Virus record (IMG/VR): IMGVR_UViG_3300049142_000021 | Coordinates: 1 to 27,005 of that record | From: a virus | Taxonomy: Duplodnaviria; Caudoviricetes | Length of the DNA stretch: 27,005 bases | Direction: 5' to 3' (one strand) | In this document: positions 16,410 through 23,916 of the stretch, one piece after another | Numbering within the stretch: the stretch's first letter is position 1 | Layout of the letters: each line of letters opens with the position of its first letter | The notes under the pieces: model-generated | What the model was told of the DNA's origin: nothing | Seen by the model: only the letters and a program-made list of their open reading frames with translations | Databases searched by the model: none | Position numbers and translations under genes: made by a program

Positions 16410-16742
16410 CTTCGTAGGGCGCACCTTCTGCACCCTGTCCTGCGCCTCATTGCGAATGCCGACGTACAGCAGCATCACGCTGTTGACGTCGCCGCCGGCC
16501 GCGACGAAGTCGTCGTACTGGTCGCCGAGCAGGATGCGCGCGCCGGCTTCGTCGCCCTGCGCGCTGTTGAGGTCCCGCTGCATGTCGTCGGGCGTGAAGA
16601 TCGGATGCGGGAAGCTGAACACCGCGGGGGCGTCCTCGGGCCCGACCTCGAACTCGACCTTTTCGCCGCCGACCGCCTCGACGTACGAGCGCCGTACGGT
16701 CTCCAGCCGGTACCGCTTCCCGTTGGGCTTGCTCATGATCAT
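16404..16742 (-). CDS. Tail assembly chaperone (gpG-like), about 112 aa
   Basis: Between major tail and tape measure; FSFPHPIF...ARILLGDQYDDFVAAGG; ends RPTKG-stop; start 16742 or 16736. Confidence 0.85.
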   Translation of the reverse strand: MIMSKPNGKRYRLETVRRSYVEAVGGEKVEFEVGPEDAPAVFSFPHPIFTPDDMQRDLNSAQGDEAGARILLGDQYDDFVAAGGDVNSVMLLYVGIRNEAQDRVQKVRPTKG

Positions 16743-16753
16743 GTCTCTCTCTC

Positions 16754-16824
16754 GGGTGAGCTGCGGGTGAGCATGTGAGGGCGAGGGGCGGTCGGGGCTC
16801 ACCCAGAACCGCCGCCCCCCGCCC
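16754..16824 (-). promoter_or_regulatory. Structured intergenic RNA element (16-bp stem, loop complementary to downstream repeats)
   Basis: Stem 16824-16809 / 16795-16779, loop TTCTGGGTGAGCC; GCTCACCC at 16772-16765 and 16761-16754. Confidence 0.6.
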
Positions 16825-16839
16825 GATCAGGGGATGCCG

Positions 16840-17487
16840 CTATGCGGCGAGGGAGCGCCACCCCGGCCCGTCGACCCAGTTGCGGCACGACGTGCTGAGC
16901 GCCGAGTCGCGGTAGGCGTTGAAGGTGACCGGGCGCTGCGTCTCGGTGCTGCGCGCCCATTGCTCGTCGTCCTTCGAGGTGAGCCGGGCGCGCGGGAAGA
17001 ACTTGACGACGTAGATCTCTCCGCCGTCGTCGCCGTAGTCGAGCCCGATGAACAGCAGCCGACGGAACGGGTTCGCCGGGCTTGCCGCCCGGTCCCACTG
17101 CCACGCCGTACCCAGGGCCGGCAGTGCACCCGTGCCCGACAGCGGCAGCCCCTCGAAGAGCGCGACGGTCGCCGCGTTCGTCTCCTGCGGCGCGAACTGC
17201 GCCGACAGCACGTCGGATTCGACGTCCGATCGGGTCGGCTCGACCGACTGCGACGACGTGACGTCGGCCATGGACAGATCAGACGTGAAGGTGACGCCGT
17301 CGTCTGTGGTGTAGCCGACCGGCACGTAGCCGGCGGGGATCGTCGCGAGGGTGCCGTCGGTCGAGTTGAACGGCGCGGTGATCGCGGCGGTCGCGTAGTC
17401 GGCGGCGAACACCGCCTGTACGAGCTGCTTACGGATGTACTCGCTGTGCAGCCCGGTCTCGAGCGACACCGGGGTCGGTGTGGTCAT
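16840..17487 (-). CDS. Major tail protein, 215 aa
   Basis: VGYTTDDGVTF, FAPQETN, FFPRARLT, PVTFNAY motifs; GGAGG RBS; expected position. Confidence 0.9.
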   Translation of the reverse strand: MTTPTPVSLETGLHSEYIRKQLVQAVFAADYATAAITAPFNSTDGTLATIPAGYVPVGYTTDDGVTFTSDLSMADVTSSQSVEPTRSDVESDVLSAQFAPQETNAATVALFEGLPLSGTGALPALGTAWQWDRAASPANPFRRLLFIGLDYGDDGGEIYVVKFFPRARLTSKDDEQWARSTETQRPVTFNAYRDSALSTSCRNWVDGPGWRSLAA

Positions 17488-17501
17488 GGTGATTCCTCCA
17501 T

Positions 17502-17533
17502 GAGAAACCCCCGGCCGCGTACGGTCCGGGGGT
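17502..17533 (-). terminator. Terminator-like hairpin just upstream of the major tail RBS
   Basis: ACCCCCGG-A-CCG TACG CGG-CCGGGGGT followed by TTCTC; UNCG-type loop. Confidence 0.6.
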
Positions 17534-17559
17534 GCTGACAGGGGCGGGTGAGCCGCAGA

Positions 17560-17967
17560 TCAAGGGGCGGCGAGGGGCTTGCCCCGCAGGGACACCTCGA
17601 CGGCGAAGGCGAAGCGAGGCGAGGACGTCTCGGGGTCGGGCAGCTCGTTGGGCCCGCCGACTTCGTTGACGTCGTACGCGGCCGCACCGCGCCAACCGGG
17701 GAACGCGAGCAGCAGCGCCCGAGTGATCTGCATCAGATCGTGCGCGCGCTCGTCGTCGGCGCCCCAACAGTGAACGTCCAGCCGCGGCCGGTCGGTGACG
17801 ACGTCGAGCTGCGCGCCGCCGACCCTCTTGAGCCGGACAAACTCGGCCGGCCGCGGGTTCGGCACGCGGGTGCCGACCCGCACCGGGAACCCGGCGGCGG
17901 CGAGCGCTTCCCGGAGGTAAGTCGCGACGAGCTCGGCGGCGTCCGGGAAGACGATCGCCGCCGGCAT
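17560..17967 (-). CDS. Tail terminator / tail completion protein, 135 aa
   Basis: VGTRVPNPRPAEFVRLKRVGG...DRPRLDVHCW...GGPNELPDP; just upstream of the major tail gene. Confidence 0.8.
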   Translation of the reverse strand: MPAAIVFPDAAELVATYLREALAAAGFPVRVGTRVPNPRPAEFVRLKRVGGAQLDVVTDRPRLDVHCWGADDERAHDLMQITRALLLAFPGWRGAAAYDVNEVGGPNELPDPETSSPRFAFAVEVSLRGKPLAAP

Positions 17968-18242
17968 CAGTCGGCGCCCCTCGCCCCGTCCAGCCCGCGC
18001 AGCAGCGCCTCGCGCGACACCTCGGGGTCGCCGGTCGAGTAGTCACCGATGACGGCGCCGCGTACGCGCTTGTCCTCGGTCTGCACGTCGACCCTGAACT
18101 GCCCGTCGGCCGTGCTCGCTTCGGCGGCAGCGCGCGCGGCCGCGCGGGTCTTGCGTTCGATCAGCGCCGCCGTCTGTGGCGACTTGAGGAACGACGCGAT
18201 GCCGGCCCGGTTGGGCCGGTACCGGAAAGAGGATCGGGCCAT
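17967..18242 (-). CDS. Neck / tail-component protein (HK97 gp10-like position), 91 aa
   Basis: NRAGIASFLKSP...ALLRGLD pattern; position in the connector cluster. Confidence 0.7.
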   Translation of the reverse strand: MARSSFRYRPNRAGIASFLKSPQTAALIERKTRAAARAAAEASTADGQFRVDVQTEDKRVRGAVIGDYSTGDPEVSREALLRGLDGARGAD

Positions 18243-18248
18243 GGTCGA

Positions 18249-18602
18249 TCACCCCTGTACGGTCTTGAGCCGGATTTCGAAGTGATGCAGCTCGGCCGGC
18301 TCGTATGCCGGGCCCGGCGGTCCGACGACCTCGAAGTCGAGCCCGTCCCAATGCACGCGAGCCTCGCCCCGGATGGTGAGCGGGTCGCCGTTGACGTCGA
18401 ACGGGTTGCAGATCATGAGCCATTCGCCGATCTGCGCGTCGCGCCCGTCGGTGTCCTCGGCGCCCGTGTTCTGCTGCATCCATGCGTCGACCGCGGTGTG
18501 CGTCGACGTCGACCAGTCGGTGACGTCGTTGCCGTACCGGTCGGTCTTCCTGCCGGGCTGCTCGACGTCGACCCGGTGCGGCAGCAGATCGTCGGCGATC
18601 AC
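18249..18602 (-). CDS. Head-to-tail stopper / head closure protein, 117 aa
   Basis: GTG at 18602 (GTGA overlap); DRYGNDVTDWS...FEVVGPP...HHFEIRLKTVQG. Confidence 0.8.
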   Translation of the reverse strand: MIADDLLPHRVDVEQPGRKTDRYGNDVTDWSTSTHTAVDAWMQQNTGAEDTDGRDAQIGEWLMICNPFDVNGDPLTIRGEARVHWDGLDFEVVGPPGPAYEPAELHHFEIRLKTVQG

Positions 18603-19024
18603 AGCGGCCGCCGCATGTAGCCGGCGTGTCCCCAACTCGGCGGGCCCGGGGACCAACCCGGCAGCCCGTCGTCGCGCAGGTCGACGGAGTACGCGGCGTC
18701 GGCGTCCGGGTCCTCGAGCGTCTCGGGCTTCAACTGGTCGATCTCGTCCTCGGTGAGGTACAGACCGCCGTCTTCGCCGAGCGTCTCGGAGTACTGCCCG
18801 ATCGTCCGCTGCCGGCGGCCGCCGGGGTTCGCGATCACGCGTCGCACAACGGCGACGCAGATCGCGACGAGCGTCTCGGCGTCGGGCGTGAACCCGGCCG
18901 GGATGTGCTTGCGCATGAGCGCCGACGCGTCGGCGAGGTACGCCTCGACCTGCGCCCGCCGCGCCCCGGCGAGGGTGGCGGCGGCGCGAGCTTCGTAGTC
19001 CTCGACGGTCGCGAACGCCGCCAT
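18599..19024 (-). CDS. Head-to-tail adaptor (Gp19/Gp15/Gp42-like), 141 aa
   Basis: FATVEDYEAR...LADASALMR...VVRRVIANPGG...TIGQYS...GLYLTEDE. Confidence 0.85.
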   Translation of the reverse strand: MAAFATVEDYEARAAATLAGARRAQVEAYLADASALMRKHIPAGFTPDAETLVAICVAVVRRVIANPGGRRQRTIGQYSETLGEDGGLYLTEDEIDQLKPETLEDPDADAAYSVDLRDDGLPGWSPGPPSWGHAGYMRRPL

Positions 19025-19028
19025 GCCC

Positions 19029-19376
19029 CTACTCCTCTCGCTCGACTACGCCGGCCGCCTCGCACGCCGCGATGATCTGCTCGCGGGTCGCGTCCTGGTC
19101 GACGTCGACGCCCTTGCGCTCGGCGAAGGTGCGCCACGCGTCGACGCCCGACCCCGGACCGCCTCGCGGGGGAGCCTCGAGGTCGTCGCCCGTGCCCGCG
19201 GGCGGGGGCGTCTCGGCCTGCGAAGTCGCGGCCGCCTCGACGTCGCCCCACGCCTTCGGGTTCGTGATCTGCTTCCGGGCCCACGCCGGGACGTCCTCGC
19301 CGGGCCCGTACGCGACCGTGCGGCCGCCGACGTCCCGAACGTGCACGTACGCGACGAGCTGCTGCTCGCTGCTCAT
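19029..19376 (-). CDS. Phage protein after the capsid gene, with a C-terminal short helical (HeH/Lsr2-like) motif, 115 aa
   Basis: YGPGEDVPAWARKQITNPKAW; GSGVDAWRTFAERKGVDV...TREQIIAAC; strong RBS. Confidence 0.7.
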   Translation of the reverse strand: MSSEQQLVAYVHVRDVGGRTVAYGPGEDVPAWARKQITNPKAWGDVEAAATSQAETPPPAGTGDDLEAPPRGGPGSGVDAWRTFAERKGVDVDQDATREQIIAACEAAGVVEREE

Positions 19377-19389
19377 GCGATCACCCCTC

Positions 19390-20424
19390 TCACGCCACGT
19401 CGGCGCAGAACGTCAGGTCGGGGTTCGCGAGGACCGGCAGACCGATCGCGGCCGCCTTCGTCCACAGCGCCGGCGGGTCGTCGTCCTTGTAGACGCCCGA
19501 GACGATGCCCGGCTCTTCGCCGTCCTCGATCCCGTACTCGCCGTCGAGCGACTCGGCGGTCGTACCCCACAGCGTGGCGCCGAGGTCGGTCGACTCGGGG
19601 TCGTTCGCGTCCCCGGCGGCCGGCAGCAGCAGCACGCGGTCGTCGGGGATGACTCGGGTCGTGACGCCGTTGACGCGCACGCGCGCTTCGTACGTCTGGA
19701 TCGGCGGCAGCCCGTACGCCCGAAGTACCTCGTTGACCGAGGCGATCGAGACGACCGAAGGCTGCGAGACGCCGCCGGCGTAGACCAGGGCGCGCAGCTC
19801 GTCGTTCCGCATCATCAGCGCGACGACCCGCTCGCTCGTGAGGATCGCGCCGGGCGCCTCGCCGTTGCTGTCGACGTACACCGCCTTCCACGCGAGCAGA
19901 TCGGCGAGGATCTCGGCGGTCGGGTCGGTCCACGCGACGGACGGTACGACCGTGTGCGCGCCCTTGCGGCCGAAGTCGACGGTCGCGATCACTCCGTTCT
20001 CGGCGAGCTCGAGCTTGCCCTTGTACAGCGCTTCGCCGCGGGCGAGCTCCATACGCGCGGACACCGCCCGCGTCATGCGCAGCGCGTCGCGCATGAGCGC
20101 GGTGCGCACCTGCCCGTCGAGCCGGCGCTGCCGCAGTCGGTCGTATTCGCCGAGCCTGATCTTGCGGGAGATCGGCGGGAGCTCGCCGGTCACGCGCCGG
20201 ATGCCCGGCCGGGCGGCGATCGGCGACTCGGCGTCGTACGACCGGAACGTCGCGGCCTCGATCAGTCCCTCGCCGCCGCTCGTGAAGCGGTACTCGAGAT
20301 CGTCGATCTCGTTGTTCGGCAGCCACCGGGCGAGCGTGAACTGATTCGCCGCGAGGTCTGCGGCACCCGCTCGCACGTAGCCGGTGAGCTCGGCGGGGGT
20401 GATGTAGTCAGCATTGATCAGCAT
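19390..20424 (-). CDS. Major capsid protein (lambda gpE-like), 344 aa
   Basis: AATFRSYDAESPI, GELPPISRKIRLGEYDRL, ARMELARGEAL, VDFGR, DPPALWTKAAAIGLPVL. Confidence 0.93.
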   Translation of the reverse strand: MLINADYITPAELTGYVRAGAADLAANQFTLARWLPNNEIDDLEYRFTSGGEGLIEAATFRSYDAESPIAARPGIRRVTGELPPISRKIRLGEYDRLRQRRLDGQVRTALMRDALRMTRAVSARMELARGEALYKGKLELAENGVIATVDFGRKGAHTVVPSVAWTDPTAEILADLLAWKAVYVDSNGEAPGAILTSERVVALMMRNDELRALVYAGGVSQPSVVSIASVNEVLRAYGLPPIQTYEARVRVNGVTTRVIPDDRVLLLPAAGDANDPESTDLGATLWGTTAESLDGEYGIEDGEEPGIVSGVYKDDDPPALWTKAAAIGLPVLANPDLTFCADVA

Positions 20425-20439
20425 GGATGATCACCCCTC

Positions 20440-20829
20440 TCAGAAGAACTTGATGTAGCCGGCGACATCGGTCTTACCGGCGGCGTCGACGGGCCGAGGC
20501 AGCTTGGCCTCGATCACGGCGCCGTGCCAGAAGAGCGCGCCCTGCGGGTCGACCGTGTTGACGGACGGCGCCGAGACGGCGGTGAACAGGAACCCGGCGA
20601 GCGTCTCGCGCCCGTCGGCCGCCGCGCCGTCGTACGGCCCGTACAGCCCCGTCGCGGTGATCTTGCCCAGCGGCAGACCGCTCGGGAAGTAGCCGTTCGG
20701 GTAGTGCGTCGCCGGCGTGAACGCCGACGTGTCGAGGGTGAGCGGCTTCGCGGTGTCCGTGCCGTGCGCGGACGCGAGCCACGACTGATCGTCTTGACCG
20801 AAGGTCTCGGTCGTCGGTGAGAGATTCAT
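20440..20829 (-). CDS. Head decoration protein (lambda gpD-like), 129 aa
   Basis: SGLPLGKITATGLYGPYD...DGRETLAGFL...HGAVIEAKLP; directly upstream of the capsid gene. Confidence 0.88.
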   Translation of the reverse strand: MNLSPTTETFGQDDQSWLASAHGTDTAKPLTLDTSAFTPATHYPNGYFPSGLPLGKITATGLYGPYDGAAADGRETLAGFLFTAVSAPSVNTVDPQGALFWHGAVIEAKLPRPVDAAGKTDVAGYIKFF

Positions 20830-20837
20830 CGGGGAGA

Positions 20838-20853
20838 CTCCCGGTGTCAGGTA
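20838..20853 (-). promoter_or_regulatory. Variant ACA-loop hairpin over the RBS of the head decoration gene
   Basis: TACCTGACACCGGGAG, a near copy of TACCCGACACGGGAG. Confidence 0.45.
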
Positions 20854-21602
20854 GTTGTCTTCTTGCCGTGCCGCTCGGCCCAGAGGTCACGGCCAGCCGC
20901 GACGCTGGTCTGCCGCTTGCTCTTCGAGCGGCCGCCGCGCGCCCCCTGGTCGAATCCGCGGCGGCCGCCGCGCGTGTCGCGCTCGTCGCCGCCGTTGTCG
21001 CCGTCGTCGTCCTGGTCGTCGTCCGTGCCGGACGACTTCGGGGCGAGGCGCTTGACGAGCTCGGCGAGCCCGTCCTCGTCGACCTCGCCGTCGTCGTCGA
21101 CGTACCGACGCAGGTTCACGTCGTCGGCGACCTCGGCCGCGTTCGGGATCACGCCCTTCGCCGCGGCGAGGAACGCCTGCCGCGCGAGCTTCGAGCCGTT
21201 CTTCGCGTTCGCCTCGGCGACCGCCTTCGCGACCGCTTCCTCGATCGCGCGCTCTTGCTCGGGCATGCCCTCGCGCTTGAGCCGGGCGAGCTCCTTCGCC
21301 GCGGCCGAGTTTTCCTTCGCGCGGCCTTCGTGCTTGCGCGCGAGCCCCTGCCACTTCTCGGCCTCGGCCTTCCAGTCCTTACCGTCGTCGCCCTTGTCGG
21401 ACGAGTCGCCGTCGCCGTCCTGGTCGCCGCCGCCGTCGTCGCCGTCGCCGTCGTCGCCGTCCCCGTCGCCGGGGGCGCCGCCGAGGATCGGCCACACCGG
21501 ATACAGCTCGTCGACGTTCTCGCCGCGGTGCGGGCGAGCCTTCCGCCAACCGAGGGCGAGCTGCCCGGTACGGGCATGACGGGGCAGGGTGTGCGTGCGC
21601 AT
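20847..21602 (-). CDS. Capsid scaffolding protein, 251 aa
   Basis: Acidic G/D linker, DWKAEAEKWQGLARKHEGRAKEN coiled coil, YVDDDGEVDEDGL, FDQGARG; between MuF and capsid genes. Confidence 0.88.
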   Translation of the reverse strand: MRTHTLPRHARTGQLALGWRKARPHRGENVDELYPVWPILGGAPGDGDGDDGDGDDGGGDQDGDGDSSDKGDDGKDWKAEAEKWQGLARKHEGRAKENSAAAKELARLKREGMPEQERAIEEAVAKAVAEANAKNGSKLARQAFLAAAKGVIPNAAEVADDVNLRRYVDDDGEVDEDGLAELVKRLAPKSSGTDDDQDDDGDNGGDERDTRGGRRGFDQGARGGRSKSKRQTSVAAGRDLWAERHGKKTTT

Positions 21603-21610
21603 GGTGGTGT

Positions 21611-21656
21611 CTCCCGTGTCGGGTATGGGTGAGCGGGTGCTGCGCCGTGTCGGCGC
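21611..21656 (-). promoter_or_regulatory. Tandem ACA-triloop hairpins in the scaffold leader
   Basis: GCGCCG-ACA-CGGCGC (21656-21642) and CCCG-ACA-CGGG (21623-21613), the latter overlapping the GGGAG RBS. Confidence 0.65.
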
Positions 21657-21657
21657 G

Positions 21658-22479
21658 TCAGTCCGTGCCGATGACGTCGGTCGGCCCGACGTCCTTCGGC
21701 CCGGTGAACTCGTACCGGCGCACGGCCAACAACGGGCCGATCTCGCCGTGCTCGCGGGTGATGATGACGTCGCGGTAGTCGGGCGCCCGGCCGCCGCGGT
21801 CCGACTGCCCGATATCGCGCGCGATCGCGTCGTGCGCTTCCTCGAGCAGCTGCTCGTCGATGATCTGCCCCGGGTCCCGGTCGCCCGGGATCGGGACCGG
21901 CTTGCAGTGGCAGCCGGGGTGAATCGGCATGAGGTTCTCGACCCGGTACCGCTGTGTACTTGCGATGACGCACAACGCGCAGTTCTTCGACCCCGACAGC
22001 CGGCGCCGGTAGAACTTCGCCCGGCTGCGCCGCATCGCCTGCCGCGCGGCGTGCGTGCGGGCGAGCTGCAGATCGGTGTCGGCGATCGACCGTAGGCGGT
22101 TGCGGCCGAGCCCGACAGCCTCGGTCAAGTTGCGCCCCTCGCCGAGCGCGGTCCACACCGTGGCGAACGGCCGGGCGTACACCTCGGCCGGGGGCGTACC
22201 GCGCAGCGCTTCGTCGAGCTGCACGCCCACGGGCGCGGCCGCGCCGCCGAACATGTCGGCGACGACGCTCGCGAGGTAGGCATCGGTGAGCGCGCCGATC
22301 TGCTGCTGCGCGCCGAGGACGACCGGCAGCACGTGCTCGACATACTCGGCGGCGTCGGCGTCGCGGTAGCTGCCGAGCGAGCCGAACGCGTCGAGGACGA
22401 AGGCGAGCAGCCGCTCGCGCAGCCGGCCCGTGATCGTGTCGTACTGCTGCGACAGTGCCTCTTGTGTCGCCTCGCTCAT
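21658..22479 (-). CDS. MuF-like minor head protein, 273 aa
   Basis: YRRRLSGSKNCALC...MPIHPGCHCKPVP Cys/His motif; after portal with ATGA overlap. Confidence 0.85.
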   Translation of the reverse strand: MSEATQEALSQQYDTITGRLRERLLAFVLDAFGSLGSYRDADAAEYVEHVLPVVLGAQQQIGALTDAYLASVVADMFGGAAAPVGVQLDEALRGTPPAEVYARPFATVWTALGEGRNLTEAVGLGRNRLRSIADTDLQLARTHAARQAMRRSRAKFYRRRLSGSKNCALCVIASTQRYRVENLMPIHPGCHCKPVPIPGDRDPGQIIDEQLLEEAHDAIARDIGQSDRGGRAPDYRDVIITREHGEIGPLLAVRRYEFTGPKDVGPTDVIGTD

Positions 22480-23897
22480 GCGGCGTCACCGGTACCCGTG
22501 CCGGTCCCGGTGCCCGCGGCCGCGCCCGGCTGCTGCGTCGGCAGCAGCGAAGCGCCGAGCAGCGCGTCGGCCGCGGCGCCGGCGGCGATCCTGCGTACGC
22601 GCTGCGGCGACTCGCCCATGTCCTCGGCGAGCACGGCGAGCGGGTAGCCGATCGCTTTCTTCTTCGTCGCGGCGTCGGCGAGCACGGCCGGGTTGAGCTG
22701 CCGCGGGTCGGCCCAACGCACCTCGGCCTCGGTGAAGTCGCGCTCGATGCCTGCCTGCCGGGCGCACAGGGTCATGACGTCCTCGAGCGCCTCGCCGAAG
22801 TGCGACATGTGCTCGCCGACCTTCGCGAGGTGCAGCACGTCGAGCGCCTGCACGGTGTCGGCGCTGATGTTGATCAGATCGGTCGCGAACAGGTACGCCG
22901 GGGTACTGCTGATCAGCAACAGGTTCCGAATGTCCGCTTCGTGTTCTTTGAGGAATCCCGACAGATCGGTCGCGTCGAGCTGCCCGAACTTCGTGTTCTC
23001 GCCCTCGCTCGCCCACACCGCGGACGGGCTCGGTACGAAGGGCTGCTCGACGACCTCGAGCCCGGTGAGCGGGTCGGTGCGCTTCCGGAACTTGTGCCCG
23101 GTGACGTACTTCTGCCGGAACGCCGCATAACGACCCGCTGTCATGCGGTTCAACACGCCGAGATTCAAACGATCTTGAATGTCGATCACGCCGGCAAACT
23201 CGGGCTCGGGGTCCTCGCCGAGGTCGGGCCGACACGGGAAGTCGACCATCGGCAGCGCGCCGAGGTCGTGCGGCTGCTCGTCGCCGTCGCGCTCCCACGC
23301 CTGCCGTCCCCACGGCAGCCGGCCGGGCCCGCGTTGCTTCGTCACGTACCGCACGAGCCGGTCGGGGAGGTACACCACAGCCCGGCCGACCCGGGCGACG
23401 TCGTCGTACCACGCCTTGAGTCCGGCGCGGCGCTCGCCGGTCGCCGGGTCGTGCTCGACGATGCACTCGCTCGGCGTCTCGGCCGTGATGAGCGGCGCCG
23501 GTCGGCCGTTGTCTTCCGTCCTGGTCGGGTGCGGACCGACGATCATGTAACCGACCGACTGCGACAGGGCGACCCGGTACACCTGCTTTTGCCGGCTGTC
23601 GAGCCGGTTGAGCTGCCACCACCGGGCGGCGTCGTCGTCCGGGTTCCCTTCGCCGTCGGTGACCCCGAGGGCGCGCAGCCGGTACACAGGTGCGTTCGCC
23701 ACAGGGCCCATGAAGTTGGTTCGCGACTTCCGCTGAAACTCGCGGAACGCCTCGCCGACGTTCCGCGGCAGCTCGGGCAACTTGTGGTTGCCCTTGTACA
23801 TGTCCCACCAGAAATCAAGCTGCGGCTGCCGGTCCCGCAGCCCACGCCCGAGGCGCAGCAGCCACCAGTCGGGGGACTCGACTTCGTCGCTCAGCAT
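22476..23897 (-). CDS. Portal protein (SPP1 gp6-like), 473 aa
   Basis: SRTNFMGPV, IQDRLN, AFRQKYVTG, KFGQLDATDL, NISADTV, EVRWADP. Confidence 0.93.
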   Translation of the reverse strand: MLSDEVESPDWWLLRLGRGLRDRQPQLDFWWDMYKGNHKLPELPRNVGEAFREFQRKSRTNFMGPVANAPVYRLRALGVTDGEGNPDDDAARWWQLNRLDSRQKQVYRVALSQSVGYMIVGPHPTRTEDNGRPAPLITAETPSECIVEHDPATGERRAGLKAWYDDVARVGRAVVYLPDRLVRYVTKQRGPGRLPWGRQAWERDGDEQPHDLGALPMVDFPCRPDLGEDPEPEFAGVIDIQDRLNLGVLNRMTAGRYAAFRQKYVTGHKFRKRTDPLTGLEVVEQPFVPSPSAVWASEGENTKFGQLDATDLSGFLKEHEADIRNLLLISSTPAYLFATDLINISADTVQALDVLHLAKVGEHMSHFGEALEDVMTLCARQAGIERDFTEAEVRWADPRQLNPAVLADAATKKKAIGYPLAVLAEDMGESPQRVRRIAAGAAADALLGASLLPTQQPGAAAGTGTGTGTGDAA

Positions 23898-23916
23898 GGC
23901 GCCCCCTCTCGGGCTG

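Noticed and set aside
19379-20442. Identical TGAGAGGGGTGATC before the capsid gene and the gene after it
   Set aside because: Explained as stop codon plus extended Shine-Dalgarno complementary to the 16S 3' end.
21380-21470. GTCGCC-type short tandem repeats
   Set aside because: Encode the Gly/Asp linker of the scaffold; no spacers, so not CRISPR or a separate element.
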